From Myxococcota bacterium (lineage in GTDB: Bacteria; Myxococcota; UBA4151): 24,600 nt of DNA. Below, piece by piece: positions 7,956-16,787 of this stretch; the stretch's first letter is position 1, and every line of letters starts with the position of its first letter. The translations under genes were made by a program, and so were the position numbers. The stretch is taken from the NCBI GenBank assembly GCA_036338695.1, contig JAYZBQ010000078.1, positions 1 to 24,600 on the forward strand. Reading direction: 5' to 3'. The notes under the pieces are model-generated. The model saw only the letters and a list, made by a program, of their open reading frames with translations, made no database searches and was not told the origin of the DNA.

Positions 7956-8674
7956 GCGAGCGCCGCGCCGATATCTGCATCGCCGCGATCGCCGACGCCT
8001 TCGCCACCGACCGAGAGATCTTGGCGAGCCCGATGGGCCGCCTGCCCTCGCTGGGCGCCCGACTCGCTCGTCAGACCACCTCACCCCAGCTGATGATCAG
8101 CGACGGGGTCGCAAGCCTCACCACGGAGGCGGGTGCGCTCGAGGCGCACCTGCCCTATCGCGAGGTCTTTCACACGCTCTGGTCAACCAAACGACACGTG
8201 ATGATGGGCGCCAGTCAGCTCGATGCCTACGGCAACCAAAACATTAGCTGCATCGGCCCGTTCGAGGCGCCCAAGGCGATGCTCATCGGTGCGCGCGGCG
8301 CGCCGGGTAACACGCTGTATCATCGAACCTCTTACTGGATCCCCGTTCAGTCGCCGCGCAGCTTTTGTGAGGCGGTCGATTTCGTCTGCGGCGTCGGCTT
8401 TGATCGTGCGCGCTCCCTCGGCGCACGAGACAGCCGCTATCACGACCTGCATCGGGTCGTTACGAACCTCGGCGTCTACGGGTTCAATCAGGAAGGTCGC
8501 CTCACTGCGCTGACCTTACACCCCGGCGTCGACCAAGCCGCAGTCAACCAAGCCAGCGGCTTTGAGATCGACTGCTCGAAGGCGACGGTCAGTCGGCCCC
8601 CGACCGCCCTCGAGATGGAGTGGATCGAGCGCTTTGACCCTGAGGCGAAGCGCTATCAGGAGGTCAGCGAGTGA
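7952..8674 (+). CDS. ipdB: Steroid ring C-cleaving hydrolase, beta subunit
   Basis: ASPMG, GARLAR, RHVMMGASQLD.YGNQNIS, G.RGAPGNT..H.TSYW, VVTNLGV, LHPGV; ATGA overlap with ipdA. Confidence 0.92.
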   Translation: MSERRADICIAAIADAFATDREILASPMGRLPSLGARLARQTTSPQLMISDGVASLTTEAGALEAHLPYREVFHTLWSTKRHVMMGASQLDAYGNQNISCIGPFEAPKAMLIGARGAPGNTLYHRTSYWIPVQSPRSFCEAVDFVCGVGFDRARSLGARDSRYHDLHRVVTNLGVYGFNQEGRLTALTLHPGVDQAAVNQASGFEIDCSKATVSRPPTALEMEWIERFDPEAKRYQEVSE

Positions 8675-9735
8675 GCCCCGTCAGCAGCAGCTTTTGTGCG
8701 CTGGTCGGCTGTCGCGTCCCGATCGTTCAAACCGGCATGGGCTGGGTGGCGACACCGCCCCTCGTCGCCGCCGTGAGCGAGGCCGGTGCGTTTGGCATTT
8801 TAGCGGGCGCCACGCTGACGCTCGACGAATTGCGAGCGAGCATCGACGCGGTCCAGGCGGCGACCGCTCAACCCTTTGGCGTGAACTTGCGCTCCGACGC
8901 ACCCGACGCTGCGGCGCGCGTAGACCTCTTGATCGAAAAGCGGGTCCGCTTGGCGAGCTTTGCGGCGGCGCCCCAGCGCGCGCTGATCGATCGCCTCAAG
9001 GGGCAGGACGTCCTGGTCATGCCGACGGTCGGTAAGCGACGCCACGCGGAGAAGGTTGCGCAGTGGGGCGTCGATGCGCTGATCGCGCAGGGACATGAGG
9101 GAGGTGGTCACACCGGACCGGTCCCGACCAGTCTCTTGCTCCCAGACGTCATCGACGCCGTGGATCTCCCCGTGCTCGCAGCCGGTGGCTATCGCTGCGG
9201 TCGTGGCTTGGTCGCCGCCATGAGCTTTGGCGCCGCAGGCATCGCCATGGGGACGCGCTTCTTGCTGAGCCAAGAGAGCCCGGTCCCGCAGCAGGTCAAG
9301 GCGCGCTACCTCGAGGCGCAGGTGACGGACACCACGGTCTCGACGCGTATCGACGGGCACCCTCAACGGGTGATCACGACCCCCTTCGTGCATCGGCTCG
9401 AGGGGCGCGGCGCGCTGGGGCGACTCTTTCTGGCTCTGCGCTCAGGCCTCGCCTTTCGACGGGTGACCGGGGTTGGGTTGTTTGGCCTCTTATCCGCCGG
9501 TCTGACGATGCGCCGCAGGCAAGGTCTGAGCCTCGCACAAGCGATCTCTGCGGCGAATGCGCCGATGCTCACCCAGCAAACCATGGTCGACGGTCAGCTC
9601 AACGCCGGCATCCTACCCACTGGGCAGGTCACCGGTCTGATCGAACACACCCCGCCTGCGCGCGAGATCATCGAGCGCATCATGTCCGAGGCAGACGAGA
9701 CCCTAAACCGCCTCACTGGAGCCCGAAATGGCTGA
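8671..9735 (+). CDS. ipdC: IpdC-type flavoprotein (nitronate monooxygenase/FabK-like fold) of HIP catabolism
   Basis: PIVQTGMGWVA, PFGVNLR, QGHEGGGHTG, GIAMGTRFLL.QES, AANAPML, GILPTGQV.G; GTGA overlap with ipdB. Confidence 0.88.
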   Translation: MSPVSSSFCALVGCRVPIVQTGMGWVATPPLVAAVSEAGAFGILAGATLTLDELRASIDAVQAATAQPFGVNLRSDAPDAAARVDLLIEKRVRLASFAAAPQRALIDRLKGQDVLVMPTVGKRRHAEKVAQWGVDALIAQGHEGGGHTGPVPTSLLLPDVIDAVDLPVLAAGGYRCGRGLVAAMSFGAAGIAMGTRFLLSQESPVPQQVKARYLEAQVTDTTVSTRIDGHPQRVITTPFVHRLEGRGALGRLFLALRSGLAFRRVTGVGLFGLLSAGLTMRRRQGLSLAQAISAANAPMLTQQTMVDGQLNAGILPTGQVTGLIEHTPPAREIIERIMSEADETLNRLTGARNG

Positions 9736-10567
9736 ACTGGTCCTGTACCGTGTCGACGAAGGCATCGCTCGTATCACACTCAACCGGCCTGAGTATCGCA
9801 ACGCTCAAAACGTCGCGATGCTGCACGCGCTCGATGATGCGATGAGCGCTGCAGCCTCTGATGACTCGGTCAAGGTGATCATCCTCGCCGGGGCGGGCGA
9901 TCACTTCAGCGCCGGTCACGACATCGGCACGCCGGCGCGCGACATCCCGGAGCCCTTTGAGCGGCGCGCAACGCAGTGGTGGGACCATGCGGATAAATCC
10001 GATTCAGAGAGCACCTTCGTTCGCGAACGGGAGGCCTACATCGGGCTATGCCGTCGCCTGCGCGCGGTCCCCAAACCGACCGTCGCGCAGGTTCAAGGCG
10101 CCTGCGTCGCAGGGGGGCTGATGCTGGCGTGGTGCTGCGACCTCATCGTCGCCAGCGAGGACGCCTTTTTTGCGGACCCGGTGGTGCGCATGGGGATCCC
10201 GGGCGTCGAGTGGTTTGCCCATGTTCATCAGCTCAACGCGCGGCTCGCCAAAGAGTTTTTGTTTACCGGCACGCGGCTGACCGCTGCGCGCGCCCACGAG
10301 ATCGGGATGATCAACCGCTGCGTCCCGGCCGATCAGCTCGAGACCCAAGTCAACGAGCTCGCTGAGCGCATCGCAACCATGCCGCGCATGGGCTTGGCGC
10401 TCACCAAGATGGTGATCAACCAAGCAGAAGACCGGTTGGGGCTCCGAGACACGGTCGAGCACGCCTATGGACTTCATCACTTTGCACACACGCACAATGC
10501 GGCGCAGAGCGACTATTTAGCCGGGCAGGACGTTCAAAGCATCAAGAAGAGCCTAAAGGACGACTAG
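9728..10567 (+). CDS. Enoyl-CoA hydratase (EchA13-like crotonase)
   Basis: ITLNRPEYRNAQN, HFSAGHDIG, QGACVAGGLMLAW.CDLIVAS, FADPVVRMGIPGVE; 8-bp overlap with ipdC. Confidence 0.88.
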   Translation: MAELVLYRVDEGIARITLNRPEYRNAQNVAMLHALDDAMSAAASDDSVKVIILAGAGDHFSAGHDIGTPARDIPEPFERRATQWWDHADKSDSESTFVREREAYIGLCRRLRAVPKPTVAQVQGACVAGGLMLAWCCDLIVASEDAFFADPVVRMGIPGVEWFAHVHQLNARLAKEFLFTGTRLTAARAHEIGMINRCVPADQLETQVNELAERIATMPRMGLALTKMVINQAEDRLGLRDTVEHAYGLHHFAHTHNAAQSDYLAGQDVQSIKKSLKDD

Positions 10568-11692
10568 TTGAACCTGACCGACCGCCCCGAAGACATCGAA
10601 TTCCGAGCTGAAGCGAGGGCTTGGTTGCGCAAGCACGTGCCCACCGGTTTAGCCAGCGGCGACACCGAGCAAGGGTTCGCAGAGCACCTTGAGTGGGAGC
10701 GCCAACTGCACGCGGCTCGGTGGGCGGTTGTCAGCTGGCCAAAAGCTTACGGAGGGCGCGACGCGTCGATTCGGCAGTGGCTGATTTTTGAGGAAGAGTA
10801 TTATCTGGCAGGCGGGCCACAGCGGGTCACCCAAAACGGTATCTTCCTGCTCGCGCCGACCCTCTTTGAGTTCGGGACACAGGCACAAAAGGACGCCATT
10901 TTGCCGGCGATGGCTGCTGCGGAGACGCTCTGGGCGCAGGCGTGGTCCGAGCCCGGCGCTGGCTCCGATCTCGCCGCCGTACGCAGCCGCGCCGAGCGCG
11001 TCGATGGAGGCTGGAGGCTCTACGGGCAAAAGACGTGGTGCACGAGGGCGGCTTTTTGTGACGCCTGCTTTGGCTTGTTTCGCACCGACCCCGACTCAGC
11101 GCGTCACCAGGGGCTCACCTACTTTATGGCGCCCCTGACAGGAGAAGGTGTCGAGGTGCGCGGGTTTGGTCGCCTCGACGGTGATGAAGGGTTCGCTGAG
11201 GTCTTCTTCGACGGCCTCTTCGTACCCGACGACGCCGTCATCGGAGCGGTTTCGCAAGGCTGGAAGGTCGCCATGGCGACGACCTCGTCTGAGCGCGGGC
11301 TGACGTTACGCAGTCCCGGGCGATTCCTGGCCGCGACCAAGCGCCTTGACCTCCTGCGGCGCCAACAACCTGTCGATCCGGCTCGCGACCTGCGCTGTCT
11401 TGATGCGGCGCTCAAGGCCGAGGCCTATCGAGTCTTTACGGAGGCTGCCGTCCACAACATGGAGCGTGGTCAGGACCTTGGCTCACGCTCGAGCCTCATG
11501 AAGGTCTACTGGTCTGAGCTCGACATCGAGCTGCATGAGACGGCTCTTGAGCTTCTGGGTGATGACGCAGCCCTCGAGCATGACTGGAGCAAAGCGTATC
11601 AGTTTAGCCTGGCTGGGCCGATCTACGCCGGGACCAACGAGATCCAGCGCAAAATCATCGCCGAGCGCTTGCTCGGCTTACCGAGGCGCTGA
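10568..11692 (+). CDS. fadE31: Acyl-CoA dehydrogenase, FadE31-like (catalytic subunit of a heteromeric ACAD)
   Basis: WP..YGGRDA...W.IFEEEY, WAQAWSEPGAGSDLA, SSERG.TLRSP.RF, KVYWSELD, GPIYAGTNEIQR.IIAERLLGLPR; TTG start abuts the previous stop. Confidence 0.85.
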   Translation: MNLTDRPEDIEFRAEARAWLRKHVPTGLASGDTEQGFAEHLEWERQLHAARWAVVSWPKAYGGRDASIRQWLIFEEEYYLAGGPQRVTQNGIFLLAPTLFEFGTQAQKDAILPAMAAAETLWAQAWSEPGAGSDLAAVRSRAERVDGGWRLYGQKTWCTRAAFCDACFGLFRTDPDSARHQGLTYFMAPLTGEGVEVRGFGRLDGDEGFAEVFFDGLFVPDDAVIGAVSQGWKVAMATTSSERGLTLRSPGRFLAATKRLDLLRRQQPVDPARDLRCLDAALKAEAYRVFTEAAVHNMERGQDLGSRSSLMKVYWSELDIELHETALELLGDDAALEHDWSKAYQFSLAGPIYAGTNEIQRKIIAERLLGLPRR

Positions 11693-11695
11693 CCG

Positions 11696-12688
11696 ATGGG
11701 TTACCCCCTGAGCTCCGACCAGAAGGCTCTCTCGGACGCGATCGGCGAGCTCAGTCGACGCCACTGGACGCTCGACCACCGCGAGCGCGCATGGTTTGGC
11801 GATGAGGCCGCCGAGAGCGAGCTCAAGCGAGCGCTCATCGACGCGGGCGTCCTCGGGCTCATGGCGCCTGAGACGTGCGGCGGCATGGGGCAAAACCTCG
11901 TCGACAGCGCCGCCGCGCTCGAGCGGTTCGGGTATGATCTTTTTCCGGGCTGGGTCGCGCACCACGTCGTCGCCTGTTGCCTGTTAGTACGCCACCCGGA
12001 GCTCGCCGCCGAGGCAGGGCAGGGCAAGCCCCTCCTGCGTCTGCTCGACGCAGACCGCCACCTCCCCTATCCGCAGCAGGTCGAGACGGTGATCGCTTGG
12101 GGTGAGCAAGGTGTTGAGCTGCTGTCAGAGTTAACCTTCAAAAAGCTCGAAAGCACCGATAAAAACCGACCTCTTGCGCGCCTAGTCCGAGCGGGTCGAC
12201 GTCACGCGCTCAAGCACGCTCAGGGCGATGCGTTCGGCCGGCGAGCCTCCGAACTGAGCCTCCTCGCGGACGCCCTTCAATTGCTGGGCATGGGTCAAGC
12301 GGCGCTCGATATGAGCGTCGACTACGTCAGCCAGCGCCATCAGTTCGGTCAGCCCGTCGGCGCGCAACAAGCGGTTAAGAATCAGCTGGCAGATGCCCTG
12401 ATTGCGCTCGAGTTTGCGCGCCCCATGGTCCAGCGCGCCGCCTACGCTTGGCAGGAGGAAGAGGCGCTCACCGCCGGCCGCGTCAGCGGCTGCTGGATCC
12501 TCGTGACCGAGGCGGCACAGCGGGTGGAGCGCGCCGCATTGCAAGTTCACGGCGCAATGGGTTACTCGATCGAATATCCGCTGCATCAACTGCTCAAGCG
12601 GAGCTGGTCGCTGCGCGCAGCCCACGGCCGGCTTAGCGAGCATCGAGCGCAGGCACAGGAGTGGCTTTTGGGAGGGAACAGCGAATGA
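11696..12688 (+). CDS. fadE32: Acyl-CoA dehydrogenase partner subunit, FadE32-like
   Basis: Short, divergent ACAD with R.QFGQP.G..QAVK.QLAD and LQVHGAMGY..EY.L; lacks the C-terminal GTNEI motif; tandem with fadE31. Confidence 0.75.
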   Translation: MGYPLSSDQKALSDAIGELSRRHWTLDHRERAWFGDEAAESELKRALIDAGVLGLMAPETCGGMGQNLVDSAAALERFGYDLFPGWVAHHVVACCLLVRHPELAAEAGQGKPLLRLLDADRHLPYPQQVETVIAWGEQGVELLSELTFKKLESTDKNRPLARLVRAGRRHALKHAQGDAFGRRASELSLLADALQLLGMGQAALDMSVDYVSQRHQFGQPVGAQQAVKNQLADALIALEFARPMVQRAAYAWQEEEALTAGRVSGCWILVTEAAQRVERAALQVHGAMGYSIEYPLHQLLKRSWSLRAAHGRLSEHRAQAQEWLLGGNSE

Positions 12689-13839
12689 CGGAAGCGTACA
12701 TCATCGACGCCGTGCGAACGCCCGTTGGGCGACGCCGAGGCGGCCTTGCTCAGGTGCATCCGGCGGACCTGGGCGCGCACGTTCTGCAAGCCCTCATCAA
12801 CCGCACGAAGATCCCGGATGAGGCGGTCGACGACGTCGTCTTTGGCTGCGTCGACGCCGTGGGGCCGCAAGCGGGGGACATCGCAAGGACCTGCTGGCTT
12901 GCGGCTGGCTTTCACGAGTCCGTGCCCGGTGTGACCGTCGATCGACAGTGCGGCTCCTCGCAACAGGCGCTGCATTTCGCAGCGCAAGGCGTGATGTCTG
13001 GCACCCAAGACCTGGTGATCGCAGGCGGGGTGCAGAACATGAGCATGGTGCCGATTGGCGCCTCCATGATCGCAGGCAAGGAGCTGGGGCACGCCGACCC
13101 CTTTAGCGGCTCTTCGGGCTGGATCAAGCGCTACGGCGGTCAACCGGTCAATCAGTTCTACGGCGCCGAGATGATCGCCAAGCGCTGGGGCTGCACGCGT
13201 GAAGACATGGAGGCCTTTGCGCTGCAGAGCCATCAGCGAGCGATTACAGCTCAGGATGAGGGGCGTTTTGACAACGAGCTCTCGCCTTTGCTCGGGGTGA
13301 CACAGGACGAGGGACCGCGCGCTGAGACCAGTCTTGAGAAGATGGCGAGTCTCGACGTCCTGATGCCTGACGGGCGCATCACGGCAGCCTGCTCGTCTCA
13401 GATCTCCGACGGCGCCGCAGCGCTCTTGGTCGCTTCGCGCGCCGCGCTCGACCGCTACGGGCTCACCCCCCGGGCGCGCGTGCACCACCTGAGCGTGCGC
13501 GCAGCCGACCCGATCTGGATGCTCACGGCGCCGATCCCTGCGACGCGATATGCGCTGAAGCGCTGTGGTCTGAGCCTGAACGAGATCGACCTTTTCGAGG
13601 TGAACGAGGCCTTTGCGTCCGTGCCGATGGCTTGGCAGCGCGAGCTCAACGCCGACCCTGCCAAACTCAACGTGAGCGGCGGCGCGATTGCGCTGGGACA
13701 CCCCTTAGGTGCTACGGGCGCTCGCTTGATGACGACCCTGCTCAACGAACTCGAGCGTACGGGGGGTCGTTACGGGCTGCAGACCATGTGCGAGGGCGGC
13801 GGTCAGGCGAACGTGACGATTATTGAAAGGCTCACATGA
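12685..13839 (+). CDS. fadA6: Thiolase FadA6 of HIP catabolism
   Basis: MTEAYIIDAVRT, VPGVTVDRQCGSSQQA, AGGVQNMS, MLTAPIPAT, NEAFA, GHPLG, MCEGGG; ATG 12685 overlaps the fadE32 stop; GGAGGG RBS. Confidence 0.88.
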   Translation: MTEAYIIDAVRTPVGRRRGGLAQVHPADLGAHVLQALINRTKIPDEAVDDVVFGCVDAVGPQAGDIARTCWLAAGFHESVPGVTVDRQCGSSQQALHFAAQGVMSGTQDLVIAGGVQNMSMVPIGASMIAGKELGHADPFSGSSGWIKRYGGQPVNQFYGAEMIAKRWGCTREDMEAFALQSHQRAITAQDEGRFDNELSPLLGVTQDEGPRAETSLEKMASLDVLMPDGRITAACSSQISDGAAALLVASRAALDRYGLTPRARVHHLSVRAADPIWMLTAPIPATRYALKRCGLSLNEIDLFEVNEAFASVPMAWQRELNADPAKLNVSGGAIALGHPLGATGARLMTTLLNELERTGGRYGLQTMCEGGGQANVTIIERLT

Positions 13840-14861
13840 AACTCGGACTGATGATCGGATACTCTGGCGCCCATTTGGACCTCCCGGTCGATCTGGTTCA
13901 AGAGGCTGAGAGCCTTGGTTATGACTCGGTCTGGATGGCCGAGGCGTGGGGTAACGACGCATGCACGCCCGGGGGGTACCTCGCGGCCGTGACCGAACGC
14001 ATCCGGCTGGGCACCGCGATCATGCAGGTCCCAGCAAGAACACCGGCCAACGCGGCGATGACCGCAATGACGCTCGATGAATTGAGCAATGGGCGCTTCA
14101 TCATGGGGATCGGCATGAGCGGGCCCCAGGTGGTCGAGGGCTGGCACGGCAAACCCTACCGTCTGACCCTGACTCAGCTGCGAGAATACATCCAGATTCT
14201 GCGTCGGATTTTCGCACGAGAGGAGCCGCTCGAATTTGAGGGCAAGTATTTCCGTATCCCTTACGATGGCGAACGCTCGACAGGACAAGGCAAGCCCTTA
14301 AAGAGCCTCATGCATGGCACCGACCGGATCCCGATTTACACCGGGAGTTTGGCGCCCAAGTCGCAGCAGATGTGCGGCGAGTACGCCGACGGCTGTCTGC
14401 TCACCAACATGATCCCAGAGGTCCCCGAAGCGGTCATGGAGAACCTTGAGGTGGGCTTCGAACGCGCCGGCGGCGGCAAGAGCCTTGAGAACTTTGACCT
14501 CGCCTGCACCGTTGCGGTCGTGCTCGACGACGACCTCGAGCGGGCGCGCACGCCGCTGCGACAGCAACTGGCACGTTACGTCGGCGGGTTTGGGACCAAG
14601 AAAACCAACTTCTACAAAGACTATCTGAGCCGCTGCGGCTGGGCTGAAGACTGCGAAAAGATCCAAGATCTTTTCCTCGCAGGCCATGCCCGACAAGCCA
14701 TCGATGCGGTCCCGAACGAGATGATCGACGCCCTCTATTTGGTGGGTCCCAAGGAGCGGATCCAAGAGCGCTTTGAGGCCTGGAAGCGCTCCCCGATCGG
14801 TACCTTTATGGTCGGCAGTCGCGACCCGCGCGTGATCCGCTTGCTGGCCCAGTGTATGTAG
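13836..14861 (+). CDS. LLM-class (luciferase-like) F420-dependent oxidoreductase, Rv3520c-like
   Basis: MKLGL..GY, AE.LGYDSVW.AEAWG.DA, RLGTAIMQ.PARTP..AAM.A.TLD.LS.GRF, SGPQVVEGWHG, G.GKPLKS; ATGA overlap with fadA6; F420 genes adjacent. Confidence 0.9.
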   Translation: MKLGLMIGYSGAHLDLPVDLVQEAESLGYDSVWMAEAWGNDACTPGGYLAAVTERIRLGTAIMQVPARTPANAAMTAMTLDELSNGRFIMGIGMSGPQVVEGWHGKPYRLTLTQLREYIQILRRIFAREEPLEFEGKYFRIPYDGERSTGQGKPLKSLMHGTDRIPIYTGSLAPKSQQMCGEYADGCLLTNMIPEVPEAVMENLEVGFERAGGGKSLENFDLACTVAVVLDDDLERARTPLRQQLARYVGGFGTKKTNFYKDYLSRCGWAEDCEKIQDLFLAGHARQAIDAVPNEMIDALYLVGPKERIQERFEAWKRSPIGTFMVGSRDPRVIRLLAQCM

Positions 14862-14865
14862 CACC

Positions 14866-15333
14866 ATGCGTGCCCCGTCGGCGGTCTTCATCACGGTGGC
14901 AGCGCTCGTCTCAGCGGGCTGCTCCCCCAAAACGCCGCCTCCCAAGCCGGAAAAGGTCGTCGAGAAGGTGCCGGAGCCTGCGCCGCGCGTCGTGCCGCTG
15001 ATCCCCAAGATGAAGGGCATCAATGAACAGATGGAGCGGCTTGTTCAGGCTGTCAAAGCCGACCAGCGAGAACAGGCGACTGAAGTCGCCAACCTGATCA
15101 ACAACCTCGCGCTCGCCATTCACGTGGAGCACGACCTGCAGCCGGGTTATGGCGATCAGTTTGCGGCGATCACCGCCGACTTCCAAGCCGCCAGCAAGGC
15201 CATGATCGAAGCGACTAAGGGGTCTCCTCAGGACCTAAAAATAGCGCTGCGTCATCTGCATGATCAGTGCCTTCGCTGCCATGATCAGGCACCTGCAGCT
15301 GCCGGAGCGGGCGTCTGCCAGCTCGCCGACTAA
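14866..15333 (+). CDS. Monoheme class II (cytochrome c'-like, four-helix) lipoprotein
   Basis: Lipobox SAGC, Pro/Lys-rich tether, amphipathic helical body and a single C-terminal CLRCH (15268-15282); starts 4 bp after the LLM stop. Confidence 0.75.
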   Translation: MRAPSAVFITVAALVSAGCSPKTPPPKPEKVVEKVPEPAPRVVPLIPKMKGINEQMERLVQAVKADQREQATEVANLINNLALAIHVEHDLQPGYGDQFAAITADFQAASKAMIEATKGSPQDLKIALRHLHDQCLRCHDQAPAAAGAGVCQLAD

Positions 15334-15962
15334 CGGTTCTTGAGCCCCTCGATGCTGAGGCTCGCGCTGCCGCCATACTTGCGATTGAGGTGCAGCAACA
15401 CCGGGGTCATCGCCTCCAGGGCGATCGTATTCCTGAGCGGTCCTGCATCGAGGACGCTGACCTCAAGCTGTGCCAGCAGTGGGAGCATCTCCTCACGATC
15501 GGCTTTGGCGCCGCAGACCAAGACGTCGCCAGCGATAGTGTGCTCGAGGTCTGCGAGGTGGGTGTGGCTGATGTGGTGCAAAGCCGCCACCACGCGCCCC
15601 GCGTCACCGAGGATCTCTTGCGCCTCGAGCGCCGCCGACTGACCAGGCGGCAAGAAGACCTGCCGGACCTTGGGCGGCTTGAGCGGCACCGTGATGTCCA
15701 CGAGGATCCGACCTGCGAGCATCGGCTTGATCGCCTCGAGCACGGCTCGGTGGGCGCCGTACGGCACGCAGAGCATCGCGTAGTCAGCGCCCTCGAGCGC
15801 ATGGGCATAGTCACCGCCAACAACGCCGAGCCCCTCGGCGGCTTGCGCGCCGCGCGCCGCGTCCCGCGAGCCGAGGCGCACCGAGACACCCGCTCTGGCA
15901 AACCGACGCGCCAAACCTCGACCTTCTTGCCCCGTACCGCCGATCAACGCGATGGTCTTCAT
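15330..15962 (-). CDS. fno: F420H2:NADP+ oxidoreductase (NADPH-dependent F420 reductase)
   Basis: [63 protein letters not shown]...LE.MTP.L..LN.KY; AGGAGG RBS before ATG 15962. Confidence 0.92.
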   Translation of the reverse strand: MKTIALIGGTGQEGRGLARRFARAGVSVRLGSRDAARGAQAAEGLGVVGGDYAHALEGADYAMLCVPYGAHRAVLEAIKPMLAGRILVDITVPLKPPKVRQVFLPPGQSAALEAQEILGDAGRVVAALHHISHTHLADLEHTIAGDVLVCGAKADREEMLPLLAQLEVSVLDAGPLRNTIALEAMTPVLLHLNRKYGGSASLSIEGLKNR

Positions 15963-16022
15963 GGAACCCTCCTGACCCACCTACGGTTGACCAAAAAAGC
16001 TTCGGCGTACAAGACCCACACC

Positions 16023-16787
16023 ATGACAGACGAAGCCTTACAGATCGAAGCCATCTCCGGCTTACCGACGGTGGAGCCAGGTGATGACCTCGCCGCCTTG
16101 GTCATCCAGGCTTGCGCGGCGCAAGGCGGCTTGCGGTCAGGTGATGTGCTGGTCGTGGTCTCTAAGGTGGTCGCGCGGGCAGAGGGGCGCTTTGTGAACC
16201 TCGAGACGGTGCGACCAGACCCGACCTCGGTCAAGCTCAGCCGCGTGGTCAAGAAAGACCCGCGGCTGGTGCACCTGATCCTGCAAGAGAGTCGCGGCTT
16301 ATCGCGCACGGCGCCTGGGGTGATGATCGTTCGCCACAAGCTCGGTTTTATCTCGGCGAACGCGGGCATCGACTCAAGCAATGTCGGTCGCTCCGAGGAG
16401 TGGGTTTTGTTGCTCCCGGAAGACCCGGACGGCTCGGCACGCACACTGCGGCAACGGCTGGAGGCTGAATTTGGTGGACCCATCGGCGTGATCATCTCGG
16501 ACTCGCACGGTCGCCCGTTCCGCAAAGGGACCCAAGGGGTCGCCATTGGCTTATCGGGCATCCCGGCGCTGCTCGACCAGCGAGGTCAGAAGGACCGCTT
16601 TGGGCGGATCCTGACCAGCACAGAGCTCCCCCTCGCCGACCAGCTCGCAGGCGCCGCCGACCTCGTCGCAGGCGCGGGCGCCGAAGGGGTCGCCGCCGTT
16701 CGCTTGCGCGGGCTGACATGGTCGGTCGATGACGCGGCGCGCGCCTCGGATCTCCAACGCCCAGCCGACAAAGACCTGTACGCATGA
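16023..16787 (+). CDS. cofE: Coenzyme F420-0:L-glutamate ligase (stand-alone CofE, no C-terminal nitroreductase domain)
   Basis: GLP.V.PGDDLA, GDVLVVVSKVVARAEGR, ANAGIDSSN, LLPEDPD.SA, IISDSHGRPFR.G, ADQLA.AA.LV.G; real start ATG 16023. Confidence 0.95.
   Translation: MTDEALQIEAISGLPTVEPGDDLAALVIQACAAQGGLRSGDVLVVVSKVVARAEGRFVNLETVRPDPTSVKLSRVVKKDPRLVHLILQESRGLSRTAPGVMIVRHKLGFISANAGIDSSNVGRSEEWVLLLPEDPDGSARTLRQRLEAEFGGPIGVIISDSHGRPFRKGTQGVAIGLSGIPALLDQRGQKDRFGRILTSTELPLADQLAGAADLVAGAGAEGVAAVRLRGLTWSVDDAARASDLQRPADKDLYA

Noticed and set aside
7134..9735. Generic calls of CoA-transferase (ipdAB) and nitronate monooxygenase (ipdC)
   Set aside because: These describe folds only; specific motifs and the echA20-ipdA-ipdB-ipdC order indicate HIP-pathway enzymes.
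12586..13701. 371-aa minus-strand ORF (also 3692..4489, 14298..15023, 19361..20083, 21252..21962)
   Set aside because: These are antisense shadows of well-supported genes, expected in high-GC DNA, with no recognisable motifs.
15987..16013. Possible promoter TTGACC...TACAAG upstream of cofE
   Set aside because: The 15-bp spacer and weak -10 are unconvincing; no KstR-like box is present in this gap.
15390..16022. Apparent 211-aa N-terminal fusion on cofE (465-aa ORF)
   Set aside because: It is mostly the antisense shadow of fno; CofE similarity begins at ATG 16023.
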